Assembly: GCF_006345805.1 (NCBI RefSeq)
Contig: NC_043017.1
Coordinates: 3,038,001-3,102,000 of the forward strand
Length of the DNA: 64,000 nt
Direction of reading: 5' to 3'
From: Octopus sinensis
Taxonomy: Eukaryota
Below the pieces are notes generated by a model, which worked only from the letters and a program-made list of their open reading frames with translations, did not search any database and was not told where the DNA came from. Position numbers and translations under genes: made by a program. Shown piece after piece: positions 28,980 through 61,524 of the stretch. How positions within the stretch are numbered: position 1 is the stretch's first letter; the number at the start of each line of letters is the position of its first letter.

Positions 28980-29357
28980 AAGCGGCGAGCTGGCAGAATT
29001 GATAGCAAGCCGGGTGAAATGCTTAGCGGTAGTTCTGAGTTCAAATTCCGCCGAGTTCGACTTTGCCTTACATCCTTTCGGGGTCGATAAATTAAGTACC
29101 AGTTATGCACTGGGGTCGATATAATCGACTTAATCCGTTTGTCTGTCTTTCTTTGTCCTGTCTGTGTTTAGCTCCTTGTGGGCAGTAAAGAAACAGGAAT
29201 TTCGATTGCAGCTACGTTCTGAGTTCAAATTCCGCCGAGGTCAATTTTGTTTTTCATCCTTTCGGTGCGTAACTTAAGTACCAGCGAAGTACTAGGGTCG
29301 ATGCCATCGACACCCTCTCCACAAAATTTCAGGTCTTGTGCCTAAAGTAGAAACGAC
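28980..29357 (+). mobile_element. SINE family B, dimeric, with (ATT)n tail
   Basis: Head, two units, tail GTAGAAAC/GGATTATT running into an (ATT)n array. Confidence 0.85.
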
Positions 29358-29642
29358 TATTATTATTATTATTATTGTTATCATTATTATTATTATTGTT
29401 ATTATTATTATCATCATTATTATTATTATTATTATCATTATTATTATTATTATCATCATTATTATTATTATTATTATCATTATTATTATTATTATCATCA
29501 TTAATATTATTATCATCATTATTATTATCGTTAATATTATTATTATTAATATTATTATTTTTTTTATTATTATTAATATTATTATTATTATTATTTTATT
29601 GTATTATTTATTATTATTATTATTATTATTTATTATTTTATT

Positions 29643-29677
<35 letters not shown>

Positions 29678-29714
29678 CATCATCATCATCATCATTATTA
29701 TTATTATTATTATT
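29358..29714. repeat. (ATT)n/(ATC)n array
   Basis: Direct reading. Confidence 0.95.
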
Positions 29715-30388
29715 AAGGTGGCGAGCTGACAGAATCTCTAGCTCACCATATACACGTTCATTTGAACAAGTAACCCTACAGGTAAACCGCTGCAAGTTAT
29801 TCTTTGCGATACTTCAATGTCTCTGCTAGTTCGTCATTTTTCTATCCTCCCGGACTCTCAGTGAATGACATTATCTAACATTAGAAGGCAACCAAAAATA
29901 TTTATAACACGAAGAACAAACGATTACACCAAGTTTTATATCAGTGAATATTTAAGTCAAACCTGCGGTGCAGTTTATTCACTTCCTTTCAGCCTAGTCA
30001 CTTGTTTTAAAACAATATTCACCTACCCCACACCCGACATAGTGGCCTTGAAAAGAGATGTGTTTGCGGATTTTGTATCCTCTGAATAAGCAATAAGAAA
30101 AAAATTATAAAATTTCCTGAATTTGAAGCTAATGATAATTAAAAACAAGATCCGTAAAAGTTTTATTAATTCAGTAGTATTAAATATTTTCCAACATAAT
30201 TTAATATCTTCCGAATATCGTGATTAGCTCACCACATACATGCATATGTATGTATTCATGTATAGGTCAGCGCCTAGCTATCTATTTATCTTGCTATCAA
30301 TCTATCAATCTATCAATCATTCAATCTATCTATCTATTTCTCTATCTCTCTATCAACATACGTATATATATATATATATATATACATG

Positions 30389-30420
<32 letters not shown>

Positions 30421-30704
30421 CATACACACATATATATATACATACATACATATATATATACATATATATATATATATAGACACACACATATATATGCGTG
30501 TGTGTATGTGTGTGTGTTTTATGTATGTATGTATTATATATATATATATAAATATACATGAATATACATACATATATACATATATAAGCACATTTCTACA
30601 CATAAACCTATATATGTATATATATGCATATAATTATATATATATACATATATACATATATATATGTATATATATATATATATATATACATACATATATA
30701 TATA

Positions 30705-30774
<70 letters not shown>

Positions 30775-30979
30775 TGTATGCGTGTACGACGGTACGATTA
30801 TATATTGTTTTAATTACCATAATGTTACTGAATGACATGTATACTTATATTGAATGTAATCTATGCATTTAATCTTAAGTAATACCAAACTAATAAAAAC
30901 ACAGTTGAACGAAAATGAAATTCAGACATGTGTGTACGTATATGCGTGTAAGTGTATGCATATATACATATACATACAT

Positions 30980-31036
<57 letters not shown>

Positions 31037-31082
31037 TATTTGTATACATATATACATACATACATATGTATATATATATATA

Positions 31083-31123
<41 letters not shown>

Positions 31124-31604
31124 GAAATATATACAGTCACACGTGCATATAGGCATTTACAGATACGCTTATATGATTGTATACGCACACGAACACATTC
31201 CCATACACACACGTATGTAATGTCTGCAAAATCGTATAATATCGTTGATATGCATTGAAAATTATTTTGGGAGAATAGTTAAAATTCTAATGAAATTAAT
31301 TATGTATCTTATTTCAGTGATATGTTTTCTTATCATTCTCCCAGAAGAACTACGAAATTAATTCATTTGAAGTCATGATATCAAATGAAGGAAAGTTTGT
31401 GCGCCATTCTTCCTACGTATGTACGTATATGTATGTATGTGTGTATGTATGTATATATGTATGTACGTATTATAAATGTATGTATGTATGTATGTATGTA
31501 TGTATGTATGTATGTATGCATGTATTTATGTAGGTATGTACGTACGTATTTAAATTTCCTATATATACGTGTCTGTATATGCATGTAAAAATGTGTATAT
31601 GTAC

Positions 31605-31637
<33 letters not shown>

Positions 31638-31774
31638 GAGGGCATTATACATACATGCCAGGAGGCATTCTACATACACGCCATACGCTAAGAGGGACAA
31701 TCAGTCATTTCTACCAAAAATATTACTAATCCTACCGAATGCAATTTTTCAAAGAAAGACATTTAAAAATATAT

Positions 31775-31822
31775 AGACCTGTATCACAGTGATTTCATAC
31801 TTACGTAATCATCAGCAGGCCT
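31775..31822 (-). ncRNA. Type I hammerhead ribozyme, copy 1
   Basis: AGGCCUG-CUGAUGA-UUAC GUAA GUAU-GAAA-UCACUGUGA-U-A-CAGGUCU: 7-bp stem I (one G-U), intact core, near-palindromic stem III, AUA cleavage triplet. Confidence 0.8.
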
Positions 31823-32254
31823 GAATATACTATAAATAAACAACGACCCTGCTTCGCTTAAGCCGATCAGCTAACTGATCAACATCAACGAAGCACATGG
31901 GTGAATTTATATATACTATATCCGGATGAATGGCAAACTTTTACGAATTGCATTTCGGGAGAGGAAAAGTTTTTTCGGAATAAAAATTTAGCAATTAAGG
32001 ACAACTACTTAATAAGGAAAACTTAACAAGAATTGTCAGGTAGATAGCGTAAAAACCTCATAAGAGGAAAAATTTCGAAAATAATTATTTCTTATTGAAC
32101 ATATTAATTTATATATAGAGGGCGTTATACATACATGCCAGGAGGCATTCTACATACACGCCATACGCTAAGAGGGACAATCAGTCATTTCTACCAAAAA
32201 TATTACTAATCCTACCGAATGCAATTTTTCAAAGAAAGACATTTAAAAATATAT

Positions 32255-32302
32255 AGACCTGTATCACAGTGATTTCATACTTACGTAATCATCAGCAGGC
32301 CT
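32255..32302 (-). ncRNA. Type I hammerhead ribozyme, copy 2
   Basis: Identical to copy 1, exactly 480 bp away. Confidence 0.8.
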
Positions 32303-32460
32303 GAATATACTATAAATAAACAACGACCCTGCTTCGCTTAAGCCGATCAGCTAACTGATATATATATATATATAGATAGATAGATAGATATTTATATATT
32401 ATATATATATATATATAATATATATATATAATAGATAGATAGATAGATGCATATATATAT

Positions 32461-32491
<31 letters not shown>

Positions 32492-32605
32492 GGAGAGAGA
32501 GAGAGAGATGATTTTATTCACATATATACGTTATATATGTATAAAATAATCCAAATGCATATATATATATACATATATATGTATGTATGTAGGTATGTAT
32601 GTATG

Positions 32606-32662
<57 letters not shown>

Positions 32663-32815
32663 CTAGCTAGACAGATATAGATACATACCTACACACACAC
32701 ACAGACATATATGTATGTATGAAATGTAGGAGCCCAAGTTAATATAGTGGTACAGAAAAAGCGTAACAAAATTATACGTACACGCAAGCATGTGACTATA
32801 CAGAAGGATATTTGC

Positions 32816-32857
<42 letters not shown>

Positions 32858-33309
32858 TAATATAAATTTGATTTCTACTACCATCTAGTGAAATATAATT
32901 CTTAAAATGCATCCTGGCGATGGAGACTATATTGGAAGTAATTAAAAATTAAGTAATCTATAGCAAAGCCCAATAACAGGTTATATTGCAAAATAAATAG
33001 TATAGATGAAATTTTTAGACTTGTCTGATTAACAACTCAAAAACGACGAACGGTGTAAAATGTCAGTTAGAAAATATACGTATCTGCAAATTGGAAAATG
33101 AATACACGAAACCTGGGTGAAGTCATCATTCTTCATGAGGATATTGTATCCTCGCAATAACAGGGATGTTTACCAGAAAACGCGCTGGATCTGCCCTTAG
33201 AAGCAGTGTTTCAACGGTGACTGAACAAGTCGGTTATCTATCTATCTATCTATCTATCCATCAATCTCTCTCTCCTCCATATATATATATATTATATATA
33301 ATATATATA

Positions 33310-33762
33310 TATATATACGTTTAAATATTTGTTGTGCAAGATTTTTTATGTGAAGTCGTGGTGTTGAAACAGATATTGTTATATTTCGAATGGTCATATT
33401 GCCAGTTTAGCCAATAAAAACACACGCACTATATATTTGGTGTTATTTTGCTTCAGTGATATTTATTTTTTACATTAATCTTAATCTTATTTCGGCCAAA
33501 GTTCTTTCGTCACACTCCTGTGACCGCATCAGTGGTCCTTTGTTTTCTTCTCACTTACTTGTGTCTCTCCTTACTATCCGTCAGCCATTTTGTATTTCTA
33601 TTGTATGTCTTCATTGCGCATGCTTATATCTCTATGTGCGTCTATGTTTATTTAGTGTGTGTGTGGGGGGATGCCTGTAATATTTTGTATCTTCTGGTTA
33701 TATACATTCTTGTAATTTGTATTTTGTTTTTGTTGTTGTGCTTTTGTTCTAATTTTGTTCAT
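33310..33762 (-). mobile_element. Interspersed repeat (family H2), left arm of a ~390-bp inverted pair; hammerhead-like motif at 33494-33538
   Basis: Near-identical reverse complement of 34054-34443; a short fragment also occurs at about 46690-46715. Confidence 0.7.
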
Positions 33763-34053
33763 GTGTTTACATCCACCCATTATTATCATTACATATGCTT
33801 GTATGTATGTATAACAACAATATTAGTAATAATAATAATAAATCTAATCGAAAAAAAAATAAATAAATAAATAAATAAAAGAATATACATATATATATAC
33901 ATACATATACACATATATATATATACATATATACACACATATATACACATATACATATACACATATATACACATATACATATATATAGATATTCATTTTT
34001 ATTTCTTTCATTACCTGTGTATTTATTATGTTTGCAGGATCCACCATTGTCAT

Positions 34054-34435
34054 ATGAACAAAATTAGAACAAAAGCAACAACAACAAAAACAAAATACAA
34101 ATTACAAGAATGTATATAACCAGAAGATACAAAATATTACAGGCATCCCCCCCCACACCACTAAATAAACATAGACGCACATAGAGATATAAGCATGCGC
34201 AAATGAAGACATACAATAGAAATTAAAATGGCTGACGGATAGTAAGGAGAGACACAAGTAAGTGAGAAGAAAACAAAGGACCACTGATGCGGTCACAGGA
34301 GTGTGACGAAAGAACTTTGGCCGAAATAAGATTAAGATTAATGTAAAAAATAAATATCACTGAAGCAAAATAACACCAATATATAGTGCGTGTGTTTTTA
34401 TTGGCTAAACTGGCAATATGACCATTCCGAAATAT

Positions 34436-34443
<8 letters not shown>
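34054..34443 (+). mobile_element. Interspersed repeat (family H2), right arm; hammerhead-like motif at 34278-34322
   Basis: CCA-CUGAUGC-G-GUCAC aggagu GUGAC-GAAA-GAAC-U-U-UGG; ends in (TA)n. Confidence 0.7.
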
Positions 34444-34479
<36 letters not shown>

Positions 34480-34626
34480 TATTATATCTTAATATAAACA
34501 TATATATATCAATATATGTTTATATTTATGTTTTCCAGTTTCAGCTCTTGAGCTGTGGCCATGCTGGGGCACCGCCATTAAATTTGTGCCAACCACCGGA
34601 TATATATATATACTCCGTCACATGAT

Positions 34627-35022
34627 CAGAGGAGTGGCAGTGTGGTAAGTAGCTTGCTTACCAACCGCATTGTTCCGGGTTCAGTCCCACTGCGTGGCAA
34701 CTTGGGCAAGTGTCTTCTACTATAGCCTCGGGTCAACCAAATCCCTGAGATTGGATTTGGTAGACAGAAAATCAAAGAAGCCCGTCGTATATATGTATAT
34801 ATATATGTGTGTGTGTGCATGTTTGTCCCGCCCCCCAACATCGCTTGACAATCGATGCTGGTGTGTTTATGTCATCGTCACCTAGCGGTTCGGCATAAGA
34901 GACCGATAGAATAAGTACTGGGCTTACAAAGAATAAGTACCGGGGTCGATTTGTTCGACTAAAGGCGGCACTCCAGCATGGCTGCAGTTAAATGACTGAA
35001 ACAAGTAAAAGCGTAAAAGAGT
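34627..35022 (+). mobile_element. SINE family A
   Basis: Family A head, body and tail. Confidence 0.8.
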
Positions 35023-35550
35023 AGAAGTTTTCTAGAAAACTGAGGAGAAATAAAAAAAAAACATTAGATAATAAATTCTAAAATTTTAATTAGTTTCGTC
35101 ATTAAAAATGGGTATTTTCTAAATTAGCCTACAGTATATTAGCTTGTTTGATTGCACACATAACTGTGTGTGTATGTGTTTCTGGATATCCATGTAAGGA
35201 TCATCCATTCCTCAATACTTGGGGGCCTCACGTTCTAATTGATTGAATGTGCCTTCTGAATTCTTTGTCGTTGTGAAAGAGGGGAGAACGAAGATAAAAC
35301 AAACAGCCTAACTCCGTTTCAAAATGTTACTATGGTAATTGGTTAGTCATCAACGAGAGTGCGAGTGCCAGCAGCCCGTGGCTTTATCCAATGGACTCAT
35401 CTGGTCTGTTAATTTGAATGTACACGTTCGATCCCCGAAAGGAGGAGTGAAGATTTATGCCATTGATGAGACCCCAATTAAAACAGAAACAGCTGTCCGC
35501 TGCTTGTTCTGTTGGCACGTCAGCTCCCAGGATTCTGACGTTGTCGCAGA

Positions 35551-35606
<56 letters not shown>

Positions 35607-35789
35607 TGTGTGGTAAGGATTTTGGTGATAGTAATGGTGACGGTGGTTATGGTGGTGGTGGTGGTGGTGGTAGCAGTGAAAATGTAAGTCATTATTGACT
35701 GCTGTGTTCACAGATGATGATAATGATGACGATGACGAAGGGGATGCATATTACGACGATGAGGCAGAAAGCGACGTCGACGGCAAGTA

Positions 35790-35953
35790 GTGCTGACGGT
35801 AACGACGACGATGACGACAATGGGGCCGATGATGATAATGAGGGTTACATTGATGATGATGATGATGATGATGATTACATTGATAATGACGATGATGATG
35901 ATGATGATGATGATTACATTGATGATGATGATGGTGACGACGACGACGACGAC

Positions 35954-35984
<31 letters not shown>

Positions 35985-35995
35985 ACGTTGATGAC

Positions 35996-36027
<32 letters not shown>

Positions 36028-36030
36028 TGA

Positions 36031-36062
<32 letters not shown>
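35790..36062. repeat. (GAT/GAC)n array
   Basis: Direct reading; source of the poly-Asp/poly-His ORFs. Confidence 0.95.
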
Positions 36063-36064
<2 letters not shown>

Positions 36065-37085
36065 GTTGGCGGTGATATTCAGAGGCAGCCATTAAGAAAA
36101 TAGCTTTAAAGATAAACATCATCACAAATGCAATTCCTGAGGCCGGTGCTTCTTCCCAGAATTCTCCCGTCGGTGCTTCCGCTGTCGCCCCCCGCAGCCG
36201 CTACCGTCGTCTCTGTCACCTTTCCAGTCGTTGCTACCTTCACTAACGGCTCAGCAGCCGATGCCATTGCCGCTGCTGCACAACCAATGCCTCCGCTGTT
36301 GCTATCACCGCATCCAAAGCCGCTGCTGACCCTCATTATGATTGTTAACAGCGATGAAGAAGACCATCGTGCTGTTAATTAAGTTTATTGCATTAAAGTA
36401 TATCATTAATATTATGCAAGAATTGTGTCTGTTATTTGTTTTGTTTACTTTCACATCAGATCAACTCAAGTCGATTTACGTTCTCAGAGACTTTCCTGCC
36501 GTGATCATCGCGTCAAATTTTAGACCGAAGATTCAATTGCGCAACATACATATAAGGTTGTGTTTGTGTATTGTTATTCACTGGAGGAAATTTAGCAGCA
36601 TCTTTTGGAAGTGCACTTCCGGAAAATGCCTTATTTGATAAAATCACAAATTCTTAAGAAGTAAAGAGCTTCATCCACAATCCTCTTTTTGAGCACTGAT
36701 TCCCATTACTCGATATTTACTTGTATATCCGTATATATATATATTTATATATATATATGTTTGTGTGTGTGAGAGAGAGAGAGAGAGAGTGTGTGTGAGT
36801 GTGAGTGTGTGTAGGTGTCGATCAATGACAACGAATGCTCAACACTGCATTTCTTCATTTCTTTTATAAGGCTACCATTGGTTTCATGTTCGGAAAAATA
36901 TCTTAATATCTGAACAACCTCTCAAGCCGATCACATGGTGGAATGGTGTTCATCTTCATTTTGGATGAAAACACCAAAATGGAGACGGAAACCATTCCTC
37001 CTTATGATTGGCTTCCAAAATTGATAATACATTAAGATTTCCTTTAAAATGAAGACAATGGTAGCTTTAATACACACACATACAC

Positions 37086-37118
<33 letters not shown>

Positions 37119-37762
37119 ACACACACATACACACATATATATATATATATATAGTGTGTCATGGCCAGTTGGAAACGGTGTTTCCTAGGGTTATATAGCA
37201 GTAGCATTCTTCCCTTTCATGGGGCTGTCACATTAAGTTGACACAGTTTACGAGAAAAAATAATTCCCGAAAAATTAATTTGCTTTTATATTATAAATTT
37301 TGTTATTATCTGGCATGACTATTTCAAAAATAGTCTGTTATTGACTGGTATTACCAGCAGGTAGACATATGTCCTTTGATTAATCTTCGATGTCTTGCAA
37401 ACAACTTGCAAATGCAAGTGCATTAGTCTGCATACCGGAAGCCAAAAAGTGTATGGGGTCATCAGAAGAGAATGCAAACGGAATTGGCAGACATAAAACA
37501 GATAGAAGCCATATATATATATATATATATATGTATGCATGTATGTATGTATGTATGTATGTATGTATGTATGTATGTATGTATGTATGTATGTGTGCAT
37601 GTATGTATGTGGGTGTGTGTGGGCGTGTGAAGCTGACCTCGGCATAATTTGAATTCAAAATGTTAAAACGAACGAAATGCGGCTAAACATTTTGCCGGGG
37701 CGTGGTAACGATTCTGCAAGCTAGCATCATATACATATACATGTTCATATATATATATATAT

Positions 37763-37807
<45 letters not shown>

Positions 37808-38584
37808 GTAGAGGAGATCAAACGACAGCATGAAGAAGAGATTTCCTCCTCTCTTTCTGAATAGAAAGCTGATATGCCATATCAGGAATTATATTATTTG
37901 CAAACGACAGACAGACATTCTGCTGACGACTTACTTAACAATATGTCCGTTTGATCACCGTTGACCTGCGTTTGTACAAAAGCAACAGCGTTTTAAATTG
38001 TTTTGTAAATCAAACAACGGATTCTTTATATACATAATTTAAATTTTATTTAAGCCTTTTGAAACATCATTGTGCCGCAGACAGTTTTATTTCGCCAATA
38101 GCTAACCCATTCACTTCTTTATAGGAAATGATTTTTCGATTATCTGAAACCGTTGAAAATCTATATGTCTCGGCTAAAACTCAGGCATCAATGTCAGATA
38201 TATACATATTCGAATTGGTCTTTCATAACACGGTTCCGGATTCAGTCCCACTTCATGACAATTCGGACAACTGTCTTCTAATCTAGTTTAAGGGGTGACC
38301 AGTTCTTTGTAAATGGATTTCGCAGACATAAAATGATAGAAGCCGTATACATACATACATATATGTATATGCATATATATATATATATATATATAATATA
38401 TATATATTGTATAATATATATATATATATATATTCTTAAACCGCATCATTTTTGACAGGTACTATGCTACGCTCCCAAAGTACACACACACACATATACA
38501 CGCACTCTCTACCTTTCTCTCTCTGTCTATCAACCACTCTCTATTTCTCTCACTCTCTCTCTCCCTTGTACACATATTCTTTTA

Positions 38585-38880
38585 TTCGCTTATTATTTTA
38601 CTTGTTTCAGTAATTTGACTGCAGCCATGCTGGAGCACCGCCTTAAAGAGTGTTAGGCGAAGAAATCGACAGCAGCACATAAACTCTGTAAATGCAAAAC
38701 TTATTTTATCGGTCTCTTAGGCAGAACTGCTACGTTATACGGCCATAAACACGAAGGCATCGCGTATCAATCGATGGCGGGGGAACAATCGCAGACACAC
38801 AAATAAATATACACATATAACAAAGGATTCTTTCAGTTTCCGTCTACCAGATCCACGCACAAGGCTTCGGTCGGCCCGAG
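38585..38880 (-). mobile_element. SINE family A, degraded
   Basis: Tail and body similarity to family A. Confidence 0.65.
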
Positions 38881-39673
38881 GATAAAATATATATACCATG
38901 TTTTATATATATATGTATGTATGTATGTGTGTATATATATATACACGCACACATATATATATACTTATATATATAGACATTTACTTACATATATATATAT
39001 AAAGAGAGAGAGAATTTATTTATAAAGAATTTTCATCTTTTGATGCAGTTTGAAGCACTCATACTTCTTTTTCGATATGTGTGTGTATGTGTGTGTGCTT
39101 ATGTGCGCGCATGTGTGTGTACATGCATATACATATACACACCTATGTGTCTGCATATAAATACATACATGTATGTACGCATACACATGTATATTTGTAT
39201 AGAGAGTCACATTCACACAGCCACACAAAATAAGACACATACCCAAACAGACACACACACACACATACACATGCTTATTTCCTCATGGGTCTTCATGTGA
39301 CTTTGATAACCTACGCAGTGAGCGTTGGAGGACCATGATGCATTTTAGAAAATAATGTCATATATTAATTTATCGCAGCAGGTGGATTGCTTGAAAGAGC
39401 ATACTCATTTAAAAGAAACTCCTCATAAAAGATGTATTCGTCATACTTACCGGCAAAAGTAATTGTTGTCTTCTCTACTCACCGCAAATTTACTTTGAAA
39501 AATGGTGTACTTTGCGTTATATTTATAAATAGTTTTATCTATATCGATGCAATAGCCTCCAGCTCTTAAACATAGAAAGCCAGACATTGTATTTTATTTT
39601 TCGTTTCTTTCTGGAGCGATTTTCGTACAGGGTGGGTTCAAAGTTTCTCTTCTCAATACGTTTTGGCCTCTTA

Positions 39674-39773
39674 NNNNNNNNNNNNNNNNNNNNNNNNNNN
39701 NNNNNNNNNNNNNNNNNNNNNNNNNNNNNNNNNNNNNNNNNNNNNNNNNNNNNNNNNNNNNNNNNNNNNNNNN
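39674..39773. other. Assembly gap (100 N)
   Basis: Run of N. Confidence 1.
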
Positions 39774-40900
39774 TACTTCGTCAAATATGAAAAAGTGCTA
39801 TCTTTCGTAAATCCATTTTTGACCCCCCCCCCCCAAAGGTCTTAAATATGGAAAAATTTTCTGTAACAACTAAAGCCTAGCACCATTTTGTCTCCAAACC
39901 CGGCGCCAGTTTATCACAATCCATCAAGCAACGCGCTAGAGGACAGCATTATCTGTGTTTTGTCAAGTCCCCAGAGCTTTCCTTGTTTCATCCAAGGAAG
40001 AGTCAGAGAAAATTTCCGCAGATATCTTAAGTGATATCTGCTGCTATATTGGAAGCAGAGTGTCGTATGGCACCATATGCGTCGTCTTTAAAACGAAGGA
40101 CTCTGTTATGCATATTTTCCCACAGCTCGTTGCTTGGGCAGAACACCAGTTTCGGGTCAAGACCAACACAGAGGACTTGGAATCTAGAATGTCGTCAAGT
40201 CCTCACAGCCCACTACCAGTTGGGCAGTACCCCAGATGGATGCTTTATTTTGGCATTCTACAGAGAACTAGTGGAGAGCAAAGCAATGAAGTTCTCAAGG
40301 AAACTTTAGACTTTGGTGAAAACCAACTGGTTGGCGTATTCAGGAAGGCTTTTGAGTCAAGGCCTATTGATAATTTCCAGGAATCTCTGGATTGATAGCG
40401 CCACCGGTGAACAGTGGCGGTTCGAGATAAACCTCTACTGGCATGGAAGTGCCGTCTGCGGGCCCTGTTTGAGATGCGCGCAAAGTGTTATCGATCTCAT
40501 GGATATGTCATGACAGAATGGTATAGATAGTGTTATTACAATTGCGTTTTGTTTGTGTCTGGACTAAATGGAAACCATGATACTGATAGGATGGTGTTGT
40601 AGTAGCCTGCTGGTTTGCAGTAGAGTTCTCAACTGTAATAGATGCATCCAGAATGAGTGGGATGATGGATTTCTGAGAATCGTGACTTTTTAGTTCTTTG
40701 GAATATTGGTTTCTAATTTTTCGCACAAGGTTGATGTATTACTAAAAACACTATACCTGAACAAAAAGTGGGGAAAAAAAATAAACGGTGTAATGATCAC
40801 AGCTGAAAGATTAGATCATAGAACTTCCCAATCAGTGTCGACCATGGGTTAAACTATTACAGCGACAACGACGACGACAACAGCAACTGAATGGAATCAT

Positions 40901-40906
40901 TTTATT
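40901..40906 (-). terminator. Candidate polyadenylation signal AATAAA for the IQCM-like gene
   Basis: AATAAA on the minus strand about 230 nt past the stop codon; common by chance in AT-rich DNA. Confidence 0.3.
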
Positions 40907-41136
40907 CATCTTAGCTTCTTTAATTTCAACAATTTGCTCTTTTCTGTATTAAAATATATTTTAGTGCATATATAGTTTTCTTATTAGAAAAAAAAATTGA
41001 GCAATAATATTTTGGCACCCATAGACGATTAAATATAATTAAAAGTAATCAAACATTGCAATATACGAATGATTCTTGCAATCGATGAGAAATGTTGTCC
41101 AAACTGGTTTTTAGGATCTGGCAGACAACACAGAAG

Positions 41137-60622
<19,486 letters not shown>

Positions 60623-60941
60623 TTTAATTGGTACAGCCTTGTTTTTAGCATTGCCTGGACTGCGCTGGTAGTATATCTGTTTAGTATATCTGGTGGAGGT
60701 GGTGGAGGTGGTGGTGGTGGTGGTAATATAACAATGATGATGATGATGATTATAGCAGTGTGCCCAACAGGCCGTAACGAAGATTGGCTCTGATTTAAAT
60801 ATCTTGAAGCTCATTGGTAATTAGTATTTTGCAGGGGGTGCACATTAATATTTTTGAAGTTTCTTGAACTGACTGGAAGAAGTATTTTCCAAATATTTGG
60901 AAACATAGCAGAGAAGCAACTAATGATAATGTTCGATGTCT

Positions 60942-61008
60942 TGACGTGTTCCTTGTCCGAAATGCCAAGAGAATACTGACGTCACGTTGACGACAATGTA
61001 TGACGTCA
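60942..61008. promoter_or_regulatory. CRE/ATF site cluster upstream of the IQCM-like start codon
   Basis: Two perfect TGACGTCA palindromes (60977-60984, 61001-61008) plus TGACG half sites (60942, 60988), 320-390 bp upstream of the ATG. Confidence 0.5.
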
Positions 61009-61458
61009 CTACCACACCAGCGAAAAGAAACACAAAATGCCAATGAATTTTTTTTGTCTGCGAACTGCTTCAAGACATTTCACAGTTCGGCAAATGGACA
61101 ATTCAACAACGCATTCGAAAATACCAGTAATAACAAAAACAACAACGATAACAACATCAACAACAACAACAGAGGCAACAGCAACTACAGTGGAGGTTCA
61201 ATGGCCCAGTGGTTAGGGCAGCGGACTCGTGGGCGTAAGGACGCGGTTTCGATTCCCAGACTGGGCGTAGTGAGTGTTTATTGAGCAAAAAACACCTAAG
61301 CTCCACGAGGCTCCGACAGGGGAGGCTGGGTGAACCCCGCTGTACTCTTTCACCACAACTTTCTCTCACTCTTTCAACGTCGTCGTCGTCGTTAAGACGG
61401 TAAAAGTGCTGCCAAGCATTTTACCTGGCGTGCTAACGTTTCTGCCAGCTCGCCACCT

Positions 61459-61523
<65 letters not shown>

Positions 61524-61524
<1 letters not shown>

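Larger units (their letters stand above)
31627..32359 (-). mobile_element. Hammerhead-bearing tandem element (retrozyme-like / Penelope pLTR-like), 1.5 units of 480 bp, inserted in (TA)n
   Basis: 253-bp direct repeats 31627-31879 and 32107-32359 with one mismatch, each containing a type I hammerhead; (TA)n on both flanks. Confidence 0.75.

Noticed and set aside
40508-40726. 72-aa minus-strand ORF as an additional terminal exon
   Set aside because: The only plausible acceptor is followed by TAA in that frame, and the gene already terminates at 41137.
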